64,000 nucleotides of DNA from an uncultured Verrucomicrobiae bacterium (GCA_963788655.1 CAWBHS010000075.1:63760-127759); one strand, 5' to 3'. Positions 21,152 through 32,662 are shown, counted from the first letter of the stretch. Program-made: numbers and translations. The notes: generated from the letters alone by a model not told the origin.

Positions 21152-23321
21152 TCAGACCACTTCCACGGGGCACTTGGGCAGGGCGGCGAGAAACTTTTGG
21201 CCGTAGCTCTTGGTCAGCACGCGATTGTCCAGCACGACGATGATTCCCTGGTCGGTCTTCGTGCGGATCAAACGTCCGACGCCTTGCCGGAATTTGAGGA
21301 TGGCTTCGGGCAGACGAAAATTCGGCGAACGAATTGCCGCCCACGCGCCTCGATGGCTTCGATCCGGGCCTCAATCAGCGGGTGATCCGGCACAGCGAAC
21401 GGCAGGCGGGTAATGATGACATTGGACAGCGCCTCGCCGGGCACGTCCACGCCCTGCCAAAAGCTGTCCGTGCCGAACAACACCGAGTTCGTGTCCTCCT
21501 TGAATTTTTCGAGCATGAGCGAGCGCGGGGTGCCGGTGCCCTGGATGAAGCACGCCACGCCGAGCTTCCGAAAAAAGCCTGCCATCAATTCGCCCAAGTC
21601 CGCATCAGCTTGAAAGTTGGTGAACAACACGAAGGCCTTGCCGTGGGTCAGGCCAACGAAATGTTCGATCCAATGCCGCAGCGCGTCGCGGTATTCGGCG
21701 GTGCGCGGGTCGGGCATCTTGTTCACCACGTACAGCGACATTTGCCGCTCATAATCGAACGGCGATCCCACCTGCAACAGCGTGGCTTCTTCCGCCCCCA
21801 CGCGGTGGGCGAAGTAATCCATGCCCGCCGATTGCGCGGCAGCCGGCACTCGGCGAGCCGCCGTCCGGGATTCAACATCCCGCCGCGGCATTCTGCGCTT
21901 TGTTCCTGGCCCAGCGCGGATCGCCGGCAGCAACCGCGAGCGTGGCGCTGGTCATGATGATCGAGGTGTCGCTGCCAAACAACCGTCGCCGCAAATACGC
22001 CGCCACGTCAATTGGCGCCGCGCACACCGTGATATTTCGCAGTCCTCGTCCGCCGCGTTCGACCCAATAGACGTAGTCATCGGCCTCCTGGCTCAGGAAC
22101 AACGCCAGTTCCTCGCGCAATTCGCCCAGGCGTCGGTTGCACTCCATCAGCTCGTGGCCGGTTTGCTCGTCATCGCTGCTCTTGATGAGTTCGCTTACCG
22201 CGGTGCGCACGCGTTGCAACGGCAGCGTCACGTTGTCCTGCACGAGTTCGGGCCGGCGGATGCGCAATTCCGTCCATTGCCGTCCGGGCCGGTTCCGCGT
22301 GGATGATTCGTCGCCGAAGGCGCCGCGTCCGGGGCTCTGTTCGCGCAGTTCCTCACACGCATGTTCGACTTCGGCAAAAAACACGTCGGCTTGTTGGAGG
22401 GCTTCGTTCACCAAGTCCGCTTCCTGGGCGCGGTGCAGTGCGGTCAACAGCCCTTTCCCGGTATTTGGATTGTAAAGCCGTTGGAGGGTGAACTGCATCT
22501 GAGACGTCGAGACGCTCAGGCCAATGTGCCGGGAGGCCACGTGTTCCAAGGTGTGCGCTTCGTCGAAGACCAGGAAGTCGTTCCGAAACAAAAGGCCGCC
22601 TCTTGATTGATTCCTCGACACCGGCCAGCAGGGTGAAGAACAGCGTGTGATTCAACACCAGCACGTCCGCCGAAAGGATGCGTTGCCGCGCCCGTTGGAA
22701 AAAACAAACGCCGTGTTCCTTGGCAAAGTCTGAACCGGACCCGCATACTTTGGGCGAACACAGTCCGCGTTCGGAACAGACGCTGGCCCAGACCTTCGGA
22801 TCGGGCTCGATTTCAAAGTCGGACAGGCTGCCGTCTGCGGTTTCCTTGGCCCAGGCGGCGATGCGCCGGAGTTCCTCGACTTCAGGCGAAGTGAACAGGC
22901 TGTCGGCCTGGCGCAAGGCTTTGTGCAGCCGGTGGGTACACAGGTAGTTCCCGCGGCCTTTGAGCATGGTGTAACTGAACTTCACCGGCAGAATCTGCTG
23001 GAGCATGGGCAGATCTTTATCAAAGAGTTGCTCCTGCAAATTGATGGTGTGCGTCGAGACCACCGCTTTCTTGCGGTGCGCACTGGCAAAAAGAATTGAT
23101 GGGATCAGGTAGGCGAGGCTTTTGCCGACGCCAGTGCCGGCTTCGACGGCGAGGTGTTCGCCTTGAACGAGCGCCCGCGCCACGGCCACGGCCATTTGTT
23201 GCTGTTGCGGTCGATATTCGAAATTAGGCGATTTCGAGAGCACCCCGCTGGGCGAAAAGATTTCTTCGACCTGGGCGACCAGATCGATCCCCGCGGGTTG
23301 TGCTTCGATAATACTGATCAT
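21152..23321 (-). CDS. dinG: DinG-family DNA helicase (about 4 frameshifts)
   Basis: EAGTGVGKS, DEAH, TSATL, FWQGVDVPG, FRQGVGRLIR motifs spread over successive frames. Confidence 0.88.
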
Positions 23322-23401
23322 CGCGCACGTAGCCGCCTGGGCACTCGCGCAGGAGGCCGGCGTTCAATTGTCTCGGTCATGACACACACGACCTCAACGT
23401 A

Positions 23402-24085
23402 TCAAGAACCGGACTTCTTGGCCACCACTTCCACGGCGGCTTTGTTCTTGGCAATGTGGTTGGCGGGCAGCACCCCACGCCAATTCGTGCCGGGATAAAT
23501 GATCGCTCCACGCCCGATGATCGAACCGGGATTCAGCACGGCATTGCAGCCGATGTCGCAATGATCACCGAGGATCGCGCCGAATTTGCGCAGGCCGGTG
23601 TCCAACGGTTTTCCGTCATGCTGGATCATGACGTTCCCAGACAGCACTTTGAGGTTGGAAATCTTCACGCCGGCGCCCAAGTGCGCCTCGTGGCCCAGGA
23701 TGGAATCGCCCACGTAATTGAAGTGCGGCACCTCCGCGCCGTTGAACAGCAAGCTGTGTTTGATTTCGCAGGCGTTGCCCACCACGCACTCGTCCCCGAT
23801 GATTACGTCCTCGCGGATGTAGGCGTTGTGTCGGATGCGGCAATTACGGCCGATAATGGCCGGACCCTTGATCATGGCGCTGTCTTCGACCACCGTCCCT
23901 TCGCCGATGAAGACTTGATCGCCAATGTAGGCCACGCCATCGCAACGGTTGTGCAACGCCGGCTGCAAATGAGTTTTGAGATAGTCTCCAAGCCGCTTGA
24001 GTGCCTCCCACACGTGTTCGCAATCGGCGAACAAAACCGCATGTTCCGACTGGCTAAGATCCAACAAGTCTTTCGGGTTGAACAT
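23402..24085 (-). CDS. Hexapeptide-repeat acyltransferase (GlmU C-terminal-like)
   Basis: Left-handed beta-helix repeats; PHFNYVGDSILG, GLRKFGAILGD. Confidence 0.88.
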   Translation of the reverse strand: MFNPKDLLDLSQSEHAVLFADCEHVWEALKRLGDYLKTHLQPALHNRCDGVAYIGDQVFIGEGTVVEDSAMIKGPAIIGRNCRIRHNAYIREDVIIGDECVVGNACEIKHSLLFNGAEVPHFNYVGDSILGHEAHLGAGVKISNLKVLSGNVMIQHDGKPLDTGLRKFGAILGDHCDIGCNAVLNPGSIIGRGAIIYPGTNWRGVLPANHIAKNKAAVEVVAKKSGS

Positions 24086-24243
24086 GCCGGAGAAGGTAAG
24101 GGATCGCGCCGCAGTCGCAAGGCTGAAGCCACGGCTGAGTCGGCATTGGGAGAACGCGCGGTCGGCGTCTCGTCGATAGAAACGAATCGATGGCAACGGT
24201 TAGACGTTGAACGGAAGTGTAAACTCGAATGGGCGTTGCCAAA

Positions 24244-24510
24244 CTGCCAGCAAGATGCCGGCAGCACGCTGCGCCAACGTGCTGCGGGCGTCCCGCCGGC
24301 AGAAACGATTGTCAACGCCGCGTCCGTAACCGAACGCCGGTTGGCCAGCGCAACGGGCCGTTCCAAACTGCCGGCAAGATGCCGGCAGCACGCTGGCGCC
24401 GGAAACATCCGAACTGCCACTGCCGTCCCTGGCCTTTGGAGCGCTCGACCTTGCTTGGCAATTCGTGGTGGCTTCTTCCGTTCGATCTGCCGGCAAGATG
24501 CCGGCAGCAC
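24244..24510. repeat. REP cluster family D (CTGCCGGCAAGATGCCGGCAGCAC)
   Basis: 24244-24267, 24368-24391, 24487-24510; inverted variant 24279-24302. Confidence 0.9.
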
Positions 24511-24571
24511 GTTTTTGTCTCCCGCCTTGACTTGCATGGTTGCGAACGAACAGTCATGGTTTGTTTCGTTC

Positions 24572-25750
24572 ATGCCGGAACGCACCATCTATTTTGACTA
24601 TAACGCCACGACGCCGCTCGACGCGAAAGTCCGTGAGGAAATGTTGCCTTTCTTTGGATCAAATTTTGGCAACCCCTCCAGCATCCACCGCTTGGGGCGC
24701 CAAGCCCGTTCGATTCTTGATGATGCCCACGAAAGGGTGGCTCAGGTTTGGTCCTGCAAACCCAGCGAAGTGGTCTTCACCAGCGGAGGCACCGAAAGCG
24801 TCAACCTGGCGATCTTCGGCGTTGCCCGCCGTTTTCGCGATAAAGGACGGCATATAATTACCAGCCAAGTGGAACATCATGCCGTGCTTCATGCTTGTGA
24901 ATATCTTGGGAACAAAGAGGGGTTTGAAGTCACTTATCTGCCGGTTAACGAAGAGGGTATCATCACCGCCCCCACCCTTGAAAGTGCCCTCCGGCCGGAC
25001 ACAATTCTGGTCTCGATCATGGCGGCGAATAACGAAATTGGCACCATTCAACCCATCGCCGAACTCGGCAAAATCTGCCAGGAACACGGGGTCTTGTTTC
25101 ATACCGACGCGGTGCAATGGTTCGGCAAGGAGCCGTTCAGTTCGATCCACCAATTCAATGCCAATCTGGTGTCCGCTTGCGCTCACAAATACCACGGTCC
25201 AAAGGGAGCCGGAGCCTTGTTTATTCGTTCTCCACTGCGCATTGATCCCATCCTTTTCGGTGGCGCTCATGAGGATGAACGGCGCGCCGGCACGGAAAAC
25301 CTGGCGGCCATTGTTGGCTTCGCCAAAGCGACAGAACTATTTGTGGGTCAACCGGTATTCTCCAAAGGACACCTCGCTCCATTGGCTGGTGAACTTATCA
25401 GCGCGCTGCAATCATTGACGCCGTTAGGGGTTGGGTTCCGCGGCTCGTTCGACCATCGCCTTACTAATACTGTTGCTTTTACGGTGCGCGATTGTGACAG
25501 CATTTCCCTGCTGGCCAATCTTGATCTGGCTGGCATTTGTGCCTCCAGTGGCTCGGCCTGTTCCACGGGGTCCCTGGAACCGTCGCACGTGATTCTGGCA
25601 TTGGGCTCCGGGCGGGAAGCGGCCAATTCACTGGTGCGCTTTTCACTGGGACGCGAATCCACCGCCGATGAGGTGCGCTTCGTCACGGCGCTGCTGCCGG
25701 AAACCATCCACCGGGCACAAGGCACTGAACAGGCTCCGGGCAACCTCTGA
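24572..25750 (+). CDS. iscS: Cysteine desulfurase (IscS/NifS type)
   Basis: YFDYNATTP, FTSGGTES, NNEIG, HTDAVQ, AHKYHGPKG (PLP Lys), SSGSAC; upstream ORF extension is REP-derived. Confidence 0.93.
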   Translation: MPERTIYFDYNATTPLDAKVREEMLPFFGSNFGNPSSIHRLGRQARSILDDAHERVAQVWSCKPSEVVFTSGGTESVNLAIFGVARRFRDKGRHIITSQVEHHAVLHACEYLGNKEGFEVTYLPVNEEGIITAPTLESALRPDTILVSIMAANNEIGTIQPIAELGKICQEHGVLFHTDAVQWFGKEPFSSIHQFNANLVSACAHKYHGPKGAGALFIRSPLRIDPILFGGAHEDERRAGTENLAAIVGFAKATELFVGQPVFSKGHLAPLAGELISALQSLTPLGVGFRGSFDHRLTNTVAFTVRDCDSISLLANLDLAGICASSGSACSTGSLEPSHVILALGSGREAANSLVRFSLGRESTADEVRFVTALLPETIHRAQGTEQAPGNL

Positions 25751-25821
25751 ATAACTTGTGCCGCCTGTGAAAAACTCAGACTTTTTCCCAAGCCTGACTC
25801 CGGTCAGGCGGGTTATTCACC
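25746..25821. promoter_or_regulatory. DnaA-box-like cluster upstream of dnaN
   Basis: TGTGAAAAA 25766-25774 matches TTWTNCACA on the minus strand; TCTGAATAA 25746 and TTATTCACC 25813 have one mismatch each. Confidence 0.5.
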
Positions 25822-25937
25822 ACCGGACTTTTTCCTAAACCCTTGTCATGGCCTTGACAGCGCGGGTTGTTTCCCTTATTGACAGCCCTTAATAAGAGTC
25901 TGGATTCCAGAGTGGAAAGACATCAACCTATCAATCG

Positions 25938-27047
25938 ATGAACCTTGTAATCTCGAAAGAGCAGATCCTGAGTGGGCTGCAATCCGTTCAAAACATCGTC
26001 AGCACACGGACCACGCTGCCGATTTTGTCCAACGTTTTGTTGCGGGCCGAAGAGAATCGACTTGAGCTGACGGCCACCGATTTGGATGTCACCGTGTCGT
26101 GTTCGGTCGAAGCCACCGTGAAGAGCCCCGGCGCGACAACCATCCCGGTCAAAAAGATTTGGAGCATCGCCCGGGAACTCGCCAGTCCGGAACTGGAACT
26201 TGAGGTGGACGATAAGAATGTTACCAGCCTGCGCTCCGGACCCTCCTTCTTCAAAATCCGCGGGCTCGGTGCCGAAGAGTTTCCGCCACTGCCCAAGCTG
26301 AAGGACGATAAGAAATTCACGCTCCCGCAGGAAAAGCTGAAGGGGATGCTGAAAAAGACTTCGTTTGCCATTTCGTCTGATGAATCGCGGTACGTGCTCA
26401 ATGGCATCTTTATCAGCCTCAAGGAACACAAGCTGACCATGGTGGCTACGGACGGGCGGCGCCTGGCTTTGGCTGAAGAGGACGTGGACATATCCGAACA
26501 GAGTCAGGGCGACTGCATTGTCCCCGCGAAAGCGGTCAATGAGCTGAACCGGTTGCTGCTCGACACGGGGGATGTGGAAATTGTATTTGCCGAAAATCAG
26601 GCCTCCTTTGACCTGAAGCAGGAAAAGGGATCGCACATTCAGTTGGTGACCAAATTGATCGAAGGCACCTATCCGAATTATCGCCAAGTGATTCCCGCGG
26701 AAACCAAGGAGCGCGTAGCCCTCGGGCGCGAAGAACTGCTCCACGCATTGAAGCGCGCGGAAATCATGACCAGCGAAAAACAGAACTCGGTGAAATTGAG
26801 CTTCGGGAAGAACAATCTTTCCATCACCGCCAATTCACCGGAAGTCGGCGAAGCCCGCGAAAGCATGGCCATCAATTACAAGGGTGCGGAAATGGCCATC
26901 GCGTTCAATCCTGCCTACATGATCGAACCATTGAACGCGCTCACTGAGGACGAGGTCTTTATCGAGTTGATTGACGAACTCAGCCCGGGAGTGCTCAAGA
27001 TCAACGGACCATTTCTCTACGTGGTCATGCCCATGCGGCTGAGCTAA
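25938..27047 (+). CDS. dnaN: DNA polymerase III beta clamp
   Basis: TLPILSNVLL, ATDLD, VATDGRRLA, GTYPNY, YVVMPMR. Confidence 0.98.
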   Translation: MNLVISKEQILSGLQSVQNIVSTRTTLPILSNVLLRAEENRLELTATDLDVTVSCSVEATVKSPGATTIPVKKIWSIARELASPELELEVDDKNVTSLRSGPSFFKIRGLGAEEFPPLPKLKDDKKFTLPQEKLKGMLKKTSFAISSDESRYVLNGIFISLKEHKLTMVATDGRRLALAEEDVDISEQSQGDCIVPAKAVNELNRLLLDTGDVEIVFAENQASFDLKQEKGSHIQLVTKLIEGTYPNYRQVIPAETKERVALGREELLHALKRAEIMTSEKQNSVKLSFGKNNLSITANSPEVGEARESMAINYKGAEMAIAFNPAYMIEPLNALTEDEVFIELIDELSPGVLKINGPFLYVVMPMRLS

Positions 27048-27057
27048 CGTTGCCCCA

Positions 27058-28212
27058 GTGAACTTTGAATTTGCCACGGCGGCGCGAATCCGTTTCGGCC
27101 CGGGCAGTCTTTGGGAAGCCGGGTCGTCACTAAAGGCAGTTGGTTCGCAGGCCTTGGTGGTGACCGGCAGTCAACCCGCCCGGGCGCAGCCACTGTTGGA
27201 GGTCCTCAAACAACAAACCATTCCGTTCCGGATTTACTCGATCGCAGGTGAACCGACCACGACGCTCATTCAGAAAGGACTGCGACAAGCCCGTGAAGCC
27301 AAGTGTGATTTCGTCGTTGGTTTTGGCGGTGGCAGCGCGATTGATGCCGCCAAAGCAATTGCCGGGTTGGTGACCAATCCGGGCGATTTGCTCGATTATT
27401 TGGAAGTGATTGGTCGCGGGCAGCCGCTCAAAGAGCCGGGAGTTCCGTTCGTCGCCATTCCCACCACCGCCGGGGCCGGCGCCGAGGTAACCAAGAATGC
27501 CGTCATTGCCTCACCTGCCCACCAAGTCAAAGCCAGTCTGCGCAGTCCATTCCTGCTGGCCCGGCTGGCGATTGTCGATCCGGAGTTGACGTACCAACTT
27601 CCGCCCGCGGTTACCGCCACCACAGGACTGGACGCCCTCACCCAACTGATCGAGCCCTTTGTTTCCTGCCGCGCGCAACCCTTCACGGACTCGCTGTGCC
27701 GGGAGGGAATGCGTCGCGTGAGCCGATCGTTGCGCCGTGCTTATGAACATGGCGACGATGCGGCAGCGCGTGAGGACATGGCGCTGGGCAGCTTGTTCAG
27801 TGGCTTGGCTTTGGCTAATGCGGGTTTAGGTGCGGTGCATGGATTTGCCGCGCCAATTGGCGGCCGCTTTCCGGCACCGCACGGAGCGGTTTGCGCGGCG
27901 CTGTTGCCAACGGTCATGGATGTGAACATTCGCGCGCTGCGTCAGCGGCAACCGGAAAGCCCCGCTTTGCGCCGGTATGAAGAAGTGGCCCACCTGCTGA
28001 CGGGCAAAGCTCAAGCAACCGTGGACGATGGCATCGCCTGGGCAAACGATATTTGTGATGCGCTTCAAATACCCCGCTTGCGAACTTACGGTATTTCAGC
28101 CAATGACATCCCGGGCTTATGCGAGAAGGCCGCTGTCGCCAGCAGTATGAAGGGGAATCCGTTACCGTTGGCCGCTGAGGAATTGCGGGAGATCCTCGAA
28201 CGGGCATTGTGA
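27058..28212 (+). CDS. Iron-containing alcohol dehydrogenase
   Basis: GGGSAIDAAK, IPTTAGAGAEVT, GLGAVHG, PHG. Confidence 0.93.
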   Translation: MNFEFATAARIRFGPGSLWEAGSSLKAVGSQALVVTGSQPARAQPLLEVLKQQTIPFRIYSIAGEPTTTLIQKGLRQAREAKCDFVVGFGGGSAIDAAKAIAGLVTNPGDLLDYLEVIGRGQPLKEPGVPFVAIPTTAGAGAEVTKNAVIASPAHQVKASLRSPFLLARLAIVDPELTYQLPPAVTATTGLDALTQLIEPFVSCRAQPFTDSLCREGMRRVSRSLRRAYEHGDDAAAREDMALGSLFSGLALANAGLGAVHGFAAPIGGRFPAPHGAVCAALLPTVMDVNIRALRQRQPESPALRRYEEVAHLLTGKAQATVDDGIAWANDICDALQIPRLRTYGISANDIPGLCEKAAVASSMKGNPLPLAAEELREILERAL

Positions 28213-28971
28213 CTACGGGCCGGGCTTTTCGACTTGAGGCGCCTCCGATTGTTCCAACGGCAAACCCGTGAAAGGCACGTTGGCCAGGCGGCGCTTTTGG
28301 TACCAGCCGACTCCCACCAAATCATAAAGCCCGCGTCCCAATCGGTTCCAGACGCCGTATTTCGAAACGCCCGCCACGCGCGGACGATGGTTCACCGGCA
28401 CCTCAAGCGTCATCACCCCATTCCCATGAACCAGGATCGGCAGGAAGCGGTGCCAGCCGTTGAAGGGAAAGACGCCGTTGAGCGCCGAGCGTTTGAAGAC
28501 GCGAACCGCACAGCCCGTGTCGGCAAAATCCGCTTTCAATACGGCCGTGCGCGCCCGCCGGGCAATCCGTGAGGACACCCGCCGTACCCAACTGTCCTGC
28601 CGGCGCACGCGCTTGCCGCTGATGAAATCCGCTTCGGCCAGTCGCTCGAACAGTCCGGGCAAATCGGCGGGATCATTCTGGCGATCCCCGTCCAACGTAG
28701 CGACGATGGGACCACTCGTCGCTTGAATTCCGGTCCACAACGCCGCGCTTTGGCCGGCATTGCGCGCATGGCGAAGGCCACCCACCGAGGCATTCGCATG
28801 GCGGGCGTCCTGAATCCGCTTCCAGGTGGCATCCGTGCTCGCGTCGTCCACGAAAACCAGTTCCCAATTCCGCGGCTGGCGCTGCATGGCGGCAGCAACT
28901 TCGCGCGCCAGGGGCAGCACGTTGTCCGCTTCATTGAACACGGGCACGATGATTGAAATTTCGACCGGCAC
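28213..28971 (-). CDS. GT2 glycosyltransferase (DPM1/ArnC-like)
   Basis: IIVPVFNE, VDDASTD, LDGDRQNDP, HRFLP. Confidence 0.93.
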   Translation of the reverse strand: MPVEISIIVPVFNEADNVLPLAREVAAAMQRQPRNWELVFVDDASTDATWKRIQDARHANASVGGLRHARNAGQSAALWTGIQATSGPIVATLDGDRQNDPADLPGLFERLAEADFISGKRVRRQDSWVRRVSSRIARRARTAVLKADFADTGCAVRVFKRSALNGVFPFNGWHRFLPILVHGNGVMTLEVPVNHRPRVAGVSKYGVWNRLGRGLYDLVGVGWYQKRRLANVPFTGLPLEQSEAPQVEKPGP

Positions 28972-29268
28972 ACCCGAAGGCTACCCAATCCTCCCCCAAA
29001 GTTCAATGTGCTTGCTCCAACCTGCTGTCGGCACGCAAGACACCCTCGAGCCCTGACTTCCCCGCGTTGCTTTCACCAACCCAAGGGCGAGCAATGGGAG
29101 ATCCTTGATATTCGAAATGCCGAAGACTTCCCGCGGTTTCGGTTTCGGATAATTGGCAACGACGAGGAGATGTTTGGGCTCGATGGAATCTCGCCCTACC
29201 ATATCCCGCATGAAGGGCTTTCGCGTTCTTGGCGTGTTTCGCGGTTAACCTACTGGAAAAGATGTGAG

Positions 29269-29481
29269 TTACTGCGTTACCACTTCGCTACCGGTCACTT
29301 CGGCGGTTAGTTGCTCGATCTCTTGCTGGAGCCGACGGATTTCCTCCAAGGGACCTTCCGCGAGAATAGCAAATTTGCGGGCTTGATCGGGCAGGAGTTC
29401 CCGGCGAAGTGCTCCCAGCGCCTCGTTCATCTTTTCCAATTGTTCCACGGTTTGAGCCAGGATGGCCTCGGTATTTTTCAT
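29269..29481 (-). CDS. Small helical protein coupled to upstream nucleotidyltransferase-like gene
   Basis: 70 aa, ATGA overlap with 29478-29936. Confidence 0.65.
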   Translation of the reverse strand: MKNTEAILAQTVEQLEKMNEALGALRRELLPDQARKFAILAEGPLEEIRRLQQEIEQLTAEVTGSEVVTQ

Positions 29482-29936
29482 AAGCGCAATCGAACCAAGC
29501 CTTTCCTCAAGTTGGGAGCTTCGCGCACCCGGCTGAAGAATTCGACGTACGTTTGATACAACAGACTGTCCTGTTCCGCAAGCAGCACGTCAAAGCCAAA
29601 TCGACGACGCAGCAGGGCGCGGGAAACAAGAGTGTATTCGGACATCGGTAGATCTCGTTCAAAGTCATGTCCCGGACGCAAAACTGCGACCAAGTCGATG
29701 TCATTAGGTGCGGGCTTGGCTGTGACGAAGCTGCCATCAATCAGCAGGGAATCAAAGAGCCTGCTTTTTTGAACCGCCGCCACGAATTCGGCCAGCCGTT
29801 GGGCAAGACGTGGCCGGCGGTCACTTTCTTGAAATTTGCCGAACCGGCCCTGCAACTGTGCAAACGAGCAGTCAAAAATACCCGGCGGGAGCAATCCGTG
29901 CGGGTTGAAGGGAGGGATGCCATTCATTGAATGCAC
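29478..29936 (-). CDS. Nucleotidyltransferase-fold protein (DUF6932-like)
   Basis: IPPFN.HGLLPPG, IDGSFVTAKPAPNDID, RKGLV. Confidence 0.85.
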   Translation of the reverse strand: MHSMNGIPPFNPHGLLPPGIFDCSFAQLQGRFGKFQESDRRPRLAQRLAEFVAAVQKSRLFDSLLIDGSFVTAKPAPNDIDLVAVLRPGHDFERDLPMSEYTLVSRALLRRRFGFDVLLAEQDSLLYQTYVEFFSRVREAPNLRKGLVRLRL

Positions 29937-30064
29937 AGCCTGAAGCTTTTCAAGGGTTTAAACAATCCACAATCTCGAAGCGATTTCGTGCCCAAGTCCA
30001 AAATGGTCAGTAAGCACTCAGAATAGCGTGGAGTTACTTCATCCATTGCCGTATCGTCCATCGC

Positions 30065-32470
30065 ATGAGCTTCGTCACTGAAATCACCAAAACCTTCGAG
30101 CGAGTAATTAAAGTCCGGATCCCCGCCCCATCGTTAAACCGCCGTTGTCTTCTGGCAGTTGGCGTCGTGGTCAGTTCAGTGGCGCTCACGTCGTGCGCAA
30201 AAGACTTCGTCCTGGTTCAAGACGGTCATCCCGCCGCGACCATTGTCACCGCGGTGATGCCTTGCGCCAATGCCCGCGACGCCGCGTTGGAATTGCAGCG
30301 TTACGTTCGTCAGATCAGCGGCGCCGAATTGGCCATTGTCACCGATGACCAATCGCCTACCGGGCCGCTGATCCTGATTGGAACGAATCGGTTCACGGCG
30401 GCAATGCCGGGTTTGCAGATCCCCTCGGGACTGACGCCGGGCTTTCGCGAAGAAGGATTTGTCCTTATCGCCCGTGGTGACCGGTTGGTGCTGGCCGGCA
30501 ACGATGCGGGTCCGTATTACGGCACGCGCTACGCCGTGGGGGAACTGTTGCACCGCTTGGGCGTGCGGTGGTTCATGCCCGGTAAATTTGGCGAACTCGT
30601 GCCCCAGGCGCGCACTCTGGCGGTGCCCGAAATTGAGGTGCGTCAGCGCCCGGATTTTGTCATGCGCAATTACTGGCAGCATCATCGCGGTACCATGGAG
30701 GCCGAGGACACGGAATGGAAAATCCATCAGAAACTGAACCCTCGCATGCAGCAATGGATTGGCGTGCCGGGTGATTCGTCGATTCGCAATTTCCTTCCGG
30801 GGCCGGAGGTGTTCAAGGCGCACTCGGACTGGTTTGCGCTGCGGCGCGACGGCTCGCGCGATCCCCACATGGTCTGCATGACCAGTCCCGAGATGATCGC
30901 CTATTTCGTGGAACGTGTGAAAGCCGAGGCCAGGGCCGGCAAGAAGTTTTCCGCCTTCGCCCCCGACGACGGTATGCCGCGCTGCTATTGCGAGCGCTGC
31001 CAAAAACTGGCGAATGGTTTTGACGGCTACGGCGCCAACGACCGCGATCCGTCCGTCGAAGCCTCGATCAGCAATGAGTGGTTTTACTTTGTCAACGCCA
31101 TCCTGGACGCGGTCAATGAGGAGTTTCCCCGGCACCGGATCGTGACCAACGGCTATGCGAACCGCGACATCCCGCCGGAGCTGCCGGGGTTCAATCGCCG
31201 GCACAACCTGGTGGTGATGTTCGCCAACATCTGCGCCTGCACGCTCCATGCCTACGACAACCCGAACTGCTGGCAGATGCGGCGTCAGGGCCAAATGATT
31301 CGCCAGTGGTGCCGGCTCTGCGACAAGGTGTGGCTCTACCAATACAACTACACGATGCTGGTCAGCAAATTCACCCTTACGCCGATGGTCAGCCGCTTGC
31401 GTCGGAACATACCGCTGCAAAAAGAATGGGGCGTGCTTGGTTTTCATGATCAGGATGAGTCGGATTGGATGCTTTCCGGCCTGCCCACGCGCCTGGTGCG
31501 AGCCGCGCTTGAATGGGACACGAAAACCGACGTGGATGGGTTGTTGGAAGATTTCTACACGCGGTGGTTTGGACGCGCCACGGAACCGATGAACGCTTAC
31601 TACGACGCCCTGGAGTCCGCCTTTGCCAACACGACTTCCCACGGTCATGAAGACGTGGTTCTCAACAGCATTTACACGCCGGCGCTGATGCAGCAACTTG
31701 CCAACTCCATTCAGCAAGCCGAGCAACAAGCGCAATCCGAGACGGAGACGTTGCACGTGTCCGTGGAACGGAAGCTGTTCGATTACCTGCGCGATTACGT
31801 GTCGATGGAAGCGGCCAAACGCGACTGCCAGTTCACCCGGGCAGCCGAACTGGCGGAAGGGCTGACGAAACGGATGGCGGAATTAAATCGCATTTCCCTC
31901 TTCTTCGGTTACGAACCTTACGCGGTTTATGGACCGGATTGGGAGGCCAAACGCCTGCGCAAGCTGGCGGCGAAAACCGATGGCCCGGATGGCCAACTGG
32001 TGGCTGTATTGCCCGAAATGGCTCGCGTTGCTCCAGATCGCTTCGACAACGGCCGCTTCGAGTGCTGGCAGGCCGCCGATTGCGATGATTCTGCTTGGCA
32101 ACGGCTGCGCACCACCCGCGGATGGGAGGATCAAGGTTTCAGCGACGCCGAAGGCCATGCCTATCGCGGCATCTTCTGGTATCGGTTGGACGCGGATGTT
32201 CCCGCCAATGCTGCGGGCAAATCTTTATGGCTGTGTGCGCCGGCGGTGGTGAATGAAGCCTGGGTGTGGGTGAACGGCCAATATGCCGGCCATCGGCCGT
32301 ACAAAACGCCCTGGTCGCGTCCACACGCCCTCGAGCTGGACGTCACGCCGTTGATAAAGCCCGGCGGGCGCAATCAGGTCACCATTCGCGTGCTAAACAA
32401 CATCGATGTTTTCGGCGCGAGTGGGATTTACGAACGCATGTTTCTTTATGCGCGTTTGAATGGTCCGTGA
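30065..32470 (+). CDS. Secreted DUF4838-type glycoside-hydrolase-like protein with C-terminal sugar-binding domain
   Basis: LQRYVRQISGAEL, LGVRWFMPG, Cys motifs CYCERC and CACTLH, YRGIFWYR...VWVNGQYAG. Confidence 0.8.
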   Translation: MSFVTEITKTFERVIKVRIPAPSLNRRCLLAVGVVVSSVALTSCAKDFVLVQDGHPAATIVTAVMPCANARDAALELQRYVRQISGAELAIVTDDQSPTGPLILIGTNRFTAAMPGLQIPSGLTPGFREEGFVLIARGDRLVLAGNDAGPYYGTRYAVGELLHRLGVRWFMPGKFGELVPQARTLAVPEIEVRQRPDFVMRNYWQHHRGTMEAEDTEWKIHQKLNPRMQQWIGVPGDSSIRNFLPGPEVFKAHSDWFALRRDGSRDPHMVCMTSPEMIAYFVERVKAEARAGKKFSAFAPDDGMPRCYCERCQKLANGFDGYGANDRDPSVEASISNEWFYFVNAILDAVNEEFPRHRIVTNGYANRDIPPELPGFNRRHNLVVMFANICACTLHAYDNPNCWQMRRQGQMIRQWCRLCDKVWLYQYNYTMLVSKFTLTPMVSRLRRNIPLQKEWGVLGFHDQDESDWMLSGLPTRLVRAALEWDTKTDVDGLLEDFYTRWFGRATEPMNAYYDALESAFANTTSHGHEDVVLNSIYTPALMQQLANSIQQAEQQAQSETETLHVSVERKLFDYLRDYVSMEAAKRDCQFTRAAELAEGLTKRMAELNRISLFFGYEPYAVYGPDWEAKRLRKLAAKTDGPDGQLVAVLPEMARVAPDRFDNGRFECWQAADCDDSAWQRLRTTRGWEDQGFSDAEGHAYRGIFWYRLDADVPANAAGKSLWLCAPAVVNEAWVWVNGQYAGHRPYKTPWSRPHALELDVTPLIKPGGRNQVTIRVLNNIDVFGASGIYERMFLYARLNGP

Positions 32471-32662
32471 TGATTCGGTAGGTCGGCGTCCCGCCTGTCC
32501 TACACCCTGCTCGAGCGGCGGAACTATTCCGCGCCGCTGGCTGGCCACGAACCAGGTTGTCACCGGGCAAGCTAACCGCTACTGTCGCTGCATGACGCAG
32601 GTGCAATCGCAACCAATCCGTCCCCCACGGTGCGCGCTCGATTCGACGGAATTGATCTGACC

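Noticed and set aside
23456..24571. 764-aa desulfurase fusion protein
   Set aside because: The extension is antisense to the hexapeptide gene plus REP-derived sequence; real start is 24572
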